DNA from: a bacterium
Lineage (GTDB): Bacteria; SZUA-182; DTGQ01
Assembly: GCA_040752695.1 (NCBI GenBank)
Contig: JBFMGO010000008.1
Location: forward strand, 1-64,000
DNA: 64,000 bases
Reading direction: 5' to 3'
Shown piece by piece: positions 1 to 7,587 of this stretch. The position numbers were made by a program, and so were the translations under genes. Every line of letters starts with the position of its first letter. Within the stretch, counting starts at the first letter, position 1. A model generated the notes under the pieces. That model saw nothing but the letters and a program-made list of their open reading frames with translations. It was not told where the DNA came from and did not search any database.

Positions 1-298
1 TCACCATATACTTGAGGATATGAAAGGCGGTCAGGGGCTCCTGATAGCTCTTATGCTCAAAGAGAAGGTAAATATACCCCATCGATCCATCCCTGAGATT
101 GATCCTGCAAAGAAGATCGGAGAAACACTCAGCCAGGTGCTTATCAACAAAGCTCTCCTTGGTATATTCCAGGGACTCAAGATCCAACAGCTTCAGGATA
201 TCACCCGGCAGGTAGTTCAATAAAAAGTCTTCCGCATTGCTCTTGATGGAAAAGACGTTTTTAAAAAATTTATCGTGGGGATTATTGACCTCATTCAT
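1..298 (-). CDS. Rpn/YhgA-like PD-(D/E)xK recombination-promoting nuclease (putative transposase family), 3' part beyond window edge
   Basis: Not in ORF track. Manual translation from ATG at 298 gives MNEVNNPHDKFFKNVFS...KESFVDKHLAECFSDLLC...YIYLLFEHKSY..., matching the Rpn motifs PHDxxFK, SF+D..L...SD+L and Y+L+EH(Q/K)S. Confidence 0.88.
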   Translation of the reverse strand, partial: MNEVNNPHDKFFKNVFSIKSNAEDFLLNYLPGDILKLLDLESLEYTKESFVDKHLAECFSDLLCRINLRDGSMGYIYLLFEHKSYQEPLTAFHILKYMV

Positions 299-304
299 GA
301 AATA

Positions 305-334
305 AGTATAGCATTTATTTCACTATCCTGGCAA
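305..334 (-). promoter_or_regulatory. Candidate sigma70 promoter for the rpn gene (possibly leaderless)
   Basis: TTGCCA-18 nt-TATACT with extended -10 TG; ATG follows 6 nt after the -10 box and there is no SD. Confidence 0.5.
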
Positions 335-449
335 GAAGTCCTTTTTCTTTTCATGTCTGAATACGACAAACTTGACTTTTTGTAAGTTCCATCCCCTTAT
401 AGGTCTATTCCCCTATAGGTCTATTCCCTTATGACATTGCCGCAATCAG

Positions 450-1082
450 CTATTTTATTAAGCTAAAAATGGATTTCAAATTTTTATTTGATATACCGGG
501 ATATCTTTTCCGGGGCTTTTTGGCCATTGAGAATGGATGATACCAGATATCCTCATATTCCTCTTGAAATCTCTTTTGCCAACAAACCAATGTACCGCCT
601 TTTCGCATACCCCGGGTCTCTAATTTCTTTTTGAAAACGGATGTACACTTTTCCAATTGTTTTTTTATTGCTTTCGCCGTGACTTCATGTTTTTTTCTCT
701 TATCGCACAGCGTGTTCCACACATTTTCCTTCAACCATTTTTTACATTCACTGGTATACCCGTCAGAGGTGTTATGATCCACCTGGTGGGAACACATGTT
801 AAGCGGTTTTTTCCCATCTGTTGTCCTGTATTGCCTGTTTTTGGGCAGGCCGATGAGATTGCTCGAATCGTTTAAATCCCATTTGGTTATCCAAAGGCAG
901 TCTTCAACATATTTTTTCTTTTCCTTTTCAATCTTTCTGCCTTCGACAGCATGGCTGCACGTTATGTGATGAGCCTCCCATGAGCCCTCACAAAATCCGT
1001 TTTTACAATTATCCCTGTACGTACTGGTGCGCCATAAAACACTTTCACATTTCGGCGGCTTTGAAAAGTGTTTGTTAGCCAT
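450..1082 (-). CDS. AHH-type HNH/EndoVII nuclease, candidate T6SS effector
   Basis: WEAHHI, WDLNDSSNLIGLP and HxxDH motifs typical of AHH nucleases; basic, AT-rich, last gene of the vgrG/PAAR set. Confidence 0.75.
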   Translation of the reverse strand: MANKHFSKPPKCESVLWRTSTYRDNCKNGFCEGSWEAHHITCSHAVEGRKIEKEKKKYVEDCLWITKWDLNDSSNLIGLPKNRQYRTTDGKKPLNMCSHQVDHNTSDGYTSECKKWLKENVWNTLCDKRKKHEVTAKAIKKQLEKCTSVFKKKLETRGMRKGGTLVCWQKRFQEEYEDIWYHPFSMAKKPRKRYPGISNKNLKSIFSLIK

Positions 1083-1185
1083 ATCGGTGTCCCACCATCC
1101 TCATCCAGATATCTTTATCCAGATATCTTCAATCTGTACTTTTGCTTTTTTAACAACTAATTGAAATATCAATAGCTTTGTAATG

Positions 1186-1225
1186 ACTATCCGTCATTCC
1201 CGCGAAGGCGGGAATGACGGATAGT
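1186..1225. repeat. Perfect 18-bp-stem palindrome with ATTCCC-N8-GGGAAT core (dRS3/REP-like)
   Basis: ACTATCCGTCATTCCCGC-GAAG-GCGGGAATGACGGATAGT; related copy at 37344-37369. Confidence 0.8.
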
Positions 1226-1252
1226 GTAAAAGTATAATTCAATATAGTTTAA

Positions 1253-2404
1253 TCAAGAGAGAAGTTTTTGTACATACACCGCTCCCCGCTCTCCGCTGTC
1301 AGCCGAGGATAGTATCAGTGCGTTGTGCGAAGGAGCGTAATCACGTGCAAAGGCCCTCAATACCATGCACAGGCTTACGGCCGCGCCTGCCGATCCCGTA
1401 TCCCCAAAAGATATGGCCGGATAGAGGCTTTTTGCATTCCGAAACGATGGGATTTCCGGTGCCAGGCGCACTCGGACAATGCCGAATTCCATCGAGCGGT
1501 AGACCTCGCCATTGAGATCGGAAATAAGCCAGAATGGCTCGATCCCGGTATCGAGTATTTGCCGAAGTTGCCCGATAGCTTTTGCAAAGCCTTTCCCCGA
1601 AGAGGGCTTTCCCGTAAACAGATGATTATCCTCAAAACACGTGGCAGATGCACACAAAAGCCCATGGATGGCGGCCCTTCTCCGGACTGCCCGCGATTTT
1701 TGTTCCAGGAGGATAAAAACACCCGCCTCCCCGGGCTGCATGCCTACCGGATTATCGGCACATTTCAACCTCCCCTGATCGAACAGCCATTGCAGGACAG
1801 GGGGCTCCACCAGACTATCCAGGGCACCGATAATACAACTTTCCCACTCCCCCGTTTGAAGCCTGCCGGTTGCTCTGTCAAGAGCAATTGCCAAACCCGC
1901 ATTCCCCGAATAGATGATCACGGCGTTTCGCTCTCCTGCCTGAAACCCTGTAACCTGACGGAATCTAGCTATTATTTCTTCTGTATCACAGGGTTCTTTG
2001 GCGGATTTCAACAGAGGATTTATATGCTCGGCCCTCTTCTTTCCTTCCTCTTCTCCAATGGCTCGACTGCTGCGGTCAGGATCAGGTAAAACGAGCAACA
2101 ACCCACACCTTGCGGGATTGATCTCATCTACATTTACATTCATGCTCTTCCTGAAATCCTCGAAGGCAAGCTGTCCAAGGCGCAACATCCTGCCGACTCC
2201 TTCGAACCCTCTGGTCATGGAGGGGACGGCATGCCCCATAACCGGCTCAGGCTGATTGTCCTCGGTATTGACCACCGTATAATCCAGTTCCGTGGCTCTA
2301 CTCAGCCCGCCTCTGGCCGCAGCGCATGATGTCACCACACCCAGTCCCAAACTGGACACCATACCCAGGCCAGTGATTGCAAGAGGTTCGGATTTCTTGG
2401 GCAT
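1253..2404 (-). CDS. Thiolase-fold, 3-oxoacyl-ACP-synthase-like T6SS accessory protein (PRK06147-like)
   Basis: AITGLGMVSSLG N-terminus, PGEAG, DLNGE.YR..E and FGDTGSA motifs; no catalytic Cys at the expected site; adjacent to DUF2169 and DUF4150 genes. Confidence 0.85.
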   Translation of the reverse strand: MPKKSEPLAITGLGMVSSLGLGVVTSCAAARGGLSRATELDYTVVNTEDNQPEPVMGHAVPSMTRGFEGVGRMLRLGQLAFEDFRKSMNVNVDEINPARCGLLLVLPDPDRSSRAIGEEEGKKRAEHINPLLKSAKEPCDTEEIIARFRQVTGFQAGERNAVIIYSGNAGLAIALDRATGRLQTGEWESCIIGALDSLVEPPVLQWLFDQGRLKCADNPVGMQPGEAGVFILLEQKSRAVRRRAAIHGLLCASATCFEDNHLFTGKPSSGKGFAKAIGQLRQILDTGIEPFWLISDLNGEVYRSMEFGIVRVRLAPEIPSFRNAKSLYPAISFGDTGSAGAAVSLCMVLRAFARDYAPSHNALILSSADSGERGAVYVQKLLS

Positions 2405-2410
2405 GGATGG

Positions 2411-2872
2411 CTAAAACTCCTCTTCGCATATAATACATACCGGCTTTTCGTCCGCCGGAACACTGATGACAGGAGGTTGTATGAGAGGAACCGGCGGCGT
2501 ATTTTTATCGTTGTGCAGCATCAGGTCAAGGGCTCTTGGCACATTTTTCCCTTCAACCTGCACATCGAAGGAAAAGTTGACGAATTCCGCCTTTCCTTTT
2601 ATTTTATTCGAAGCAACACCATTGAGACTTCCGGCCTCATCACCCGTACTCATGCTGAAGTTCGAATCCTTCAAACAGACAGGGTTCCCATCCATGGTTA
2701 CCTTTTTGCTCCCCTTGGCCGTATCGGATGATTTGGCAATATTGGGATAGGGAATCGGGATGGGCGGCCCTGGCGGTGCAGGCGTTTTGCATACATCAGG
2801 AAAGGCGATGGTTACTCCCCCACTGTCCTTATGCACCACCGACAGGTTATTGACTCCAACGGTAACGCCCAT
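2411..2872 (-). CDS. DUF4150 PAAR-like spike tip protein without a toxin extension
   Basis: FPDVCKTP..PIPIPYPN, STGDEAG and SFDVQVEGKNV.R..D motifs; SD GGAG before ATG 2872; ends in a short CxxC tail. Confidence 0.92.
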   Translation of the reverse strand: MGVTVGVNNLSVVHKDSGGVTIAFPDVCKTPAPPGPPIPIPYPNIAKSSDTAKGSKKVTMDGNPVCLKDSNFSMSTGDEAGSLNGVASNKIKGKAEFVNFSFDVQVEGKNVPRALDLMLHNDKNTPPVPLIQPPVISVPADEKPVCIICEEEF

Positions 2873-2975
2873 GATAGCTCCTTCCTCCTGAGACATTCAT
2901 TATGCATGTGGCATTTATTATCCATGAGACATTTGTTACCTATGAGACATCCATTTTCAAACAATCCGGTGCTTT

Positions 2976-3992
2976 TCAAGCCATCTGAACCTTCACGCTG
3001 CGAAGGTTGTGGATCTTTCTGTGCATATTGATCTGGCCGCGCCACAAGAGCATAACGATGTTCTGGTCAGTATTGGTGATTACCGTATCAAGATTGGTAC
3101 TCATACCATACATTGTTCCATCTTTCATGACAACTTTTCCCACAGGTGGCGCTATACCCGGCAGGGCAAAGCGCAGCCGCCCCCTTGGGGATGCATTCAC
3201 CACATCGACCTGCTCATTTCCTTTGAGATATCCAGGTGCGATCAGGCCGGGGTGAGCCGCGTTATAATAACGCCGGTCGAAATCATCCGGCAAAAAAGGC
3301 ATTTTGTCGTGCATCCAGTTGTCATCATAGGTTCCGGCATACCTGCTGCGCGGTTCCCATTCCGGGCCGATAAATCCGAAGCCAGCAGGCGGCGGGGTAT
3401 CGGTAACGGATTTGATAAGGTATTGAGGGTCTTCGATATTGGGAAGTTTCATGCCTTCCTCGAATTCACCGGGCTTTATTTTCCCTGTCCCGACCGGATT
3501 TCTCGGTTCATAGCCGGTTTTAAGCGGATCGGGACCGGCGCGGTCCCTCCCCCCGAAAGCGAGCTCATAGACAAGCGGGGTTTTTTCAACCGGCTTTGGC
3601 GAGGTGATCTTTTTAAACCCCATCAGCTTCATCCAGTACCTGTCACCGAAAACCCTGACTGTCTTTTGCACAGGGCCAACCCTTAGTGTTACATCAACCT
3701 GACCCGCTCCCCGCTGGTCAGGATAGGCGTGTCCGATCAGTACGATATCCGTGGCCACCTTGACCGGTGCAACTTCCGGTTCGTATTTGATGCTCGAATC
3801 TCCCGGCTCCCCGTAATATTCCCCTGACAGGCTAACCGGCTCCTGCTGCCCGGCCAGTTCGAGCCGGGAATCGCCGCTTATTCGATAGGTGGCTTTGATA
3901 ACTACCACCAGGATATCCCTGCCACTCTCGTCCATCAGAAACAACTGCTGTGCAACAAAGGGAGTCGAATTGATAAAACCCTGCTCTTCCAT
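2976..3992 (-). CDS. DUF2169 T6SS adaptor/chaperone
   Basis: VVIKATY, K.ATD+++.G.A, VFGDRYW, YE.AFGG, NPVGTG, R..YAGTYD..W, LP.DFD..YYNAA and LDTV motifs. Confidence 0.93.
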   Translation of the reverse strand: MEEQGFINSTPFVAQQLFLMDESGRDILVVVIKATYRISGDSRLELAGQQEPVSLSGEYYGEPGDSSIKYEPEVAPVKVATDIVLIGHAYPDQRGAGQVDVTLRVGPVQKTVRVFGDRYWMKLMGFKKITSPKPVEKTPLVYELAFGGRDRAGPDPLKTGYEPRNPVGTGKIKPGEFEEGMKLPNIEDPQYLIKSVTDTPPPAGFGFIGPEWEPRSRYAGTYDDNWMHDKMPFLPDDFDRRYYNAAHPGLIAPGYLKGNEQVDVVNASPRGRLRFALPGIAPPVGKVVMKDGTMYGMSTNLDTVITNTDQNIVMLLWRGQINMHRKIHNLRSVKVQMA

Positions 3993-4052
3993 GATTCAAT
4001 GTATCCTGACCGCAGACCCTTGTTCAATGTATCCTGGCCGCAGCTTATTGGT

Positions 4053-4613
4053 TCAGTTTATCCTGACCGCGGCCCCTTTAATCTTGTTTATACCCTTTGA
4101 GCGGCTTACCAGATCGGTTCCCTTGATCACGACCTTGCCATCCTTTCGCAGGGTAATGCTCCCCTTTCCACACCGCAGCACAATCTCTTTGCCTGCTTCA
4201 AATACGATTCTTTCTCCGTCAATGATAATATCCTTAATCCTTTCCCTCTCCAGCATCACCTCTCCGGTCACTTTTCCTGCCATTTTTTCAGTCACTTCTT
4301 CAGTCATTTCTTCAGTCATTTTTTCGAAGGAGGCGGCAACGACCGGCTGATCCTGAATAAAGCCGATAATGATGGGAAGGTGCGGGTCATTATGTTCAAA
4401 CAGTAAAAGTACCATTCTCTTCCCGCCGCTGTCCGGAATGGCAACGGTCGATCTGGCAGGCACAGGCCCTTTGGGGTTATCAGGATAATCCACCAGCGGC
4501 TCTCCTGCTTCATTCAGACAAACAAGCTTCCCGACCCGGACTCCCTGGATAGTTCCCGGATGGATATCCTCCACGAGCACCATTTCGGCTATGCCGTCCA
4601 GTTCGGTTCTCAT
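4053..4613 (-). CDS. DUF6484-like protein with VgrG-like beta-helical tail
   Basis: VLLLFE..DP..PII+G and EIVLRCGKGSITLRKDGKVVIKG...SRS.G.NKIKG..V.IN; lies directly after vgrG. Confidence 0.85.
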   Translation of the reverse strand: MRTELDGIAEMVLVEDIHPGTIQGVRVGKLVCLNEAGEPLVDYPDNPKGPVPARSTVAIPDSGGKRMVLLLFEHNDPHLPIIIGFIQDQPVVAASFEKMTEEMTEEVTEKMAGKVTGEVMLERERIKDIIIDGERIVFEAGKEIVLRCGKGSITLRKDGKVVIKGTDLVSRSKGINKIKGAAVRIN

Positions 4614-4638
4614 ACTTGATTCTCTCCAGTTCCCATAC

Positions 4639-6768
4639 TTAATTCTCCTTGATTTTACTTCCCTTGATCATGACATCACCACTGCCTTTAATTTGAATTT
4701 TTTTGCCCTTGATCTGGATGTCACCGCTCTTTTTCATCACAATTTCCGCTTGTCCTGTCTTGATAACAATCTGGTCTTCAGCGGTGAACTGTATCTTTTT
4801 CGCATTGACCGCATAGTCTTTGCTGACCTGTTCGGTGTGTTTGCCGCCGACCTGTTCGGTCAGGTCCTGACCGATGGTTGTCGATTGATTTTTCCCTACA
4901 GATTCAGTCAGATCCTTACCGATAGTGATGCTCGCGGTGTCTCCGATATTTTCCGAGACATTTTTCCCGACGCTCAGGGCTAGATCGCTCCCGATCGAAA
5001 CCGTTTCATCACTGCCGATGGTAATACTTGCATTGGCGCCAATCGCTTCAGTGTGATTTTTACCGACAGAGATTGTCTTGTTCTCACCAATCGTTTCGGT
5101 CTGGTCTACCGCTACGCTCTTGGTGCGATTATTCCCTACCGTTATAGCCTGATCGTGCCCGATACTGTAAGTTTCATCATGACCGATACTGTGGGTTTCG
5201 TCATGGCCGACGCTCTGGTTTTTATCATTCCCGATAAAAATAGTCCAATCCTTCTGGCCATGCAGGTAGATCTCTTCTTCCCCCTTCTTGTCCTCGAAGC
5301 GGAACTCATTGAACCCGCCCCCCCCAGGGGAGGAATCCGACTTGATCGTGCTTTTGGTTTTCTGCGCAGGAAGTTCGTAAGGCGGCATGTTGATGCCATG
5401 ATACACCCGTCCGGTGATGATGGGCTGGTCTGGATCGCCTTCGAGGAAACCGACAATGACCTCCTGTCCTATGCGGGGGATGTAGATGGCTCCCCAGTTT
5501 GCTCCTGCCCACACCTGGCTGACACGGACCCAGCAGGAGCTTTTTTCATCCTTCTTGCCTTCCCTGTCCCAGTGGAACTGGACTTTGACCCGTCCGTGCT
5601 CATCGGTATAGATCTCCTCGCCTGCAGGTCCCACCACAATCGCGGTCTGGCTTCCGTTCACCACTGGCTTTCTGGTGATCCGAGGAGGGCGGTAGGGCAC
5701 ATCGAAAGGGATACAGGTAAACTGATTGGCATAAGCGAGCTCTGCTTCGCTCCCCATCCCCTGGCTCGCTTCGTGGTGCAGGGAGGTCAGGACATAATCT
5801 TTGCCGTTCAGTTCGTCCCGGTAAAAGTGAGCGAGGGTGAAGCGGTATCCGCTGCCAAAGGCCCTGCAATTGCTCGATCCATGAAGAATCGTGATCTTTG
5901 CTTCCTCTTCCTCCATGCGGATTTTCGCTATCCGGTCACCTTCGGTCTTTTTTGCATAGGAGCCGGGATAGTCGTAGATTTCGCGCTCTCCGGGACCAAG
6001 CCTGTACATGCTCGGGACATTCACCTCAAGGCCGGTATTGGGTATCTCGAAATTGTAGGCATTGAGAGAGTATTTGGCTGGCCTGATTTCCTGACTCTTC
6101 ACAAGAGCGCTGATTACGTCCTCCTCGAGCAGCCCGCCGGAAGTCAATTGATAACGGGCGGTTTTCTGCTTCGGGCAGGGCTGGTGCTCCTGAGGATCAT
6201 CGGCCAGGACCATGGTATGCTTCCCTGTCTCGTGCTCAAAGTAGTAATAGATTCCCTCTTCTTCAAGGAGGCGTGATACAAAGCTAAAGTCCGTCTCACG
6301 GTACTGAACACAATATTCTCTCTTTTCGAAGCTTCCATGAAGCTTCATTTTAAAATCGAAAAAGCCTTTTTCCCTGAAGATGTTCTCCACGATCTGCGGT
6401 ACGGAGAGCTTCTGGAATATCCTGGAATCAGAGGTCATGGTAAGGAGCCAGAGCCAGGGTACCAGAGTGGCCTGGTAATGGGAAAACCGGGGATCTCCGC
6501 CTGCCTCACCTCCGCCCCGCCCCTGCGAGAATCGTGCTATGAGGCCATTAAAAGAACGTCGATCCCCGTCTGCGAGCTCTATCGAAATGGTCGCATTTTT
6601 TCCGATAATATCCTCAAAAGAGATCTTATGGTTTTCCGAGAGCAGGTTCAGTTCAAAACTGAACAGGCAGGAGAGACCTTCTGCCCCATGAAACCCCGAA
6701 AGCAGCAGCACATCCTTCCCTAAGGGAGTATCGATGGCTATCAGTCTGTTATCCTGTGTGTACGGCAT
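4639..6768 (-). CDS. tssI: T6SS spike protein VgrG
   Basis: YCVQYRETD..FV.RLLEEEG, TDEHGRVKVQFHWDR, PRIGQEVIV.FLEGDPDQP motifs and gp5-type 8-aa C-terminal repeats; no effector extension. Confidence 0.97.
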   Translation of the reverse strand: MPYTQDNRLIAIDTPLGKDVLLLSGFHGAEGLSCLFSFELNLLSENHKISFEDIIGKNATISIELADGDRRSFNGLIARFSQGRGGGEAGGDPRFSHYQATLVPWLWLLTMTSDSRIFQKLSVPQIVENIFREKGFFDFKMKLHGSFEKREYCVQYRETDFSFVSRLLEEEGIYYYFEHETGKHTMVLADDPQEHQPCPKQKTARYQLTSGGLLEEDVISALVKSQEIRPAKYSLNAYNFEIPNTGLEVNVPSMYRLGPGEREIYDYPGSYAKKTEGDRIAKIRMEEEEAKITILHGSSNCRAFGSGYRFTLAHFYRDELNGKDYVLTSLHHEASQGMGSEAELAYANQFTCIPFDVPYRPPRITRKPVVNGSQTAIVVGPAGEEIYTDEHGRVKVQFHWDREGKKDEKSSCWVRVSQVWAGANWGAIYIPRIGQEVIVGFLEGDPDQPIITGRVYHGINMPPYELPAQKTKSTIKSDSSPGGGGFNEFRFEDKKGEEEIYLHGQKDWTIFIGNDKNQSVGHDETHSIGHDETYSIGHDQAITVGNNRTKSVAVDQTETIGENKTISVGKNHTEAIGANASITIGSDETVSIGSDLALSVGKNVSENIGDTASITIGKDLTESVGKNQSTTIGQDLTEQVGGKHTEQVSKDYAVNAKKIQFTAEDQIVIKTGQAEIVMKKSGDIQIKGKKIQIKGSGDVMIKGSKIKEN

Positions 6769-6839
6769 AATGGTTTCTCCGTTTATATATGTACCATAAT
6801 GTCAGATAATATCCTGTGGAGGGCTGAAACCTCCCTGCC

Positions 6840-7451
6840 TTACGTTAACACATCAAAGGACTGGCAGTAGGCCCGGTAGGAGTCCGCGTTATCCGCTCGC
6901 TGATTATCGCTCAGCAGGTTGTATCCTGCTTGCCATGTGTAGGCATGGTCATCCGTATCACCAACACCATGTGACAACTCATGCAGGATTGTTCCTGTGC
7001 CAGAGCGCCCATTCAATGCGCCCAGCTTTGGTATGTAAACGTCCCCTGTAAAGAAAGCGGGGCAGATATATACCGTCAACGGCGTGTTAGCAGGCACACC
7101 ACGAGCCACTACAAACGCTTCAACATCCTGGATCAATACCCCGTTTGGAAGAGGTCCTATGCCGAGTCCATTGAATGTGCCGATATCGGGCACATAAGAC
7201 ATTGTTATTGTCTGGTTGGTCATGGTTACGCGATTATACATTAACCTGATTATGTCGGTTACGCGTACAAGGTTAGTTAATGTCGCATTATTGAAATGTG
7301 AAATGTAAGTGGCCCTGGCATCCTGGTCACGATTAACTGCCTTTATCGACAGGTAAGAACGTGTGAGCATCCTTGTGATTCTCCCCATCGCATTTTCGAC
7401 AGTAGGTCGACGACCACCAGTATTCCAGGAATTATCCCATTGAACAGCCAC
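6840..7451 (-). CDS. M35-like (aspzincin/lysine-specific) zinc metallopeptidase, candidate effector
   Basis: YICPAFF, GTILHELSH...TDDHAY and NADSY motifs (HEXXH+D); strong SD AAGGAGG before GTG; no signal peptide. Confidence 0.85.
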   Translation of the reverse strand: MAVQWDNSWNTGGRRPTVENAMGRITRMLTRSYLSIKAVNRDQDARATYISHFNNATLTNLVRVTDIIRLMYNRVTMTNQTITMSYVPDIGTFNGLGIGPLPNGVLIQDVEAFVVARGVPANTPLTVYICPAFFTGDVYIPKLGALNGRSGTGTILHELSHGVGDTDDHAYTWQAGYNLLSDNQRADNADSYRAYCQSFDVLT

Positions 7452-7587
7452 AGTCTTCTCCTCCTTATAGCATGAGACCTCATAGTAAGAGACTTGATAT
7501 CAAAAGACCTGATAGCAAAAGAAATGTTTCTTCTTGTGTCTCTCCCTGTGTCTCATCTATTTCTCACTTATTTCTCTAAAGGTTTTA

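Noticed and set aside
20..223. Plus-strand 67-aa ORF
   Set aside because: Antisense shadow of the Rpn-family gene.
1253..2404. Fatty-acid or polyketide ketosynthase of a biosynthetic cluster
   Set aside because: No catalytic Cys at the expected position and no ACP or other fab/pks genes; context is the DUF2169/DUF4150 T6SS set.
5053..6276. Long antisense ORFs (also 7534-8451, 35032-36099, 49611-50945, 54492-55259)
   Set aside because: They lie opposite well-supported genes and have no recognisable motifs; codon-bias shadows.
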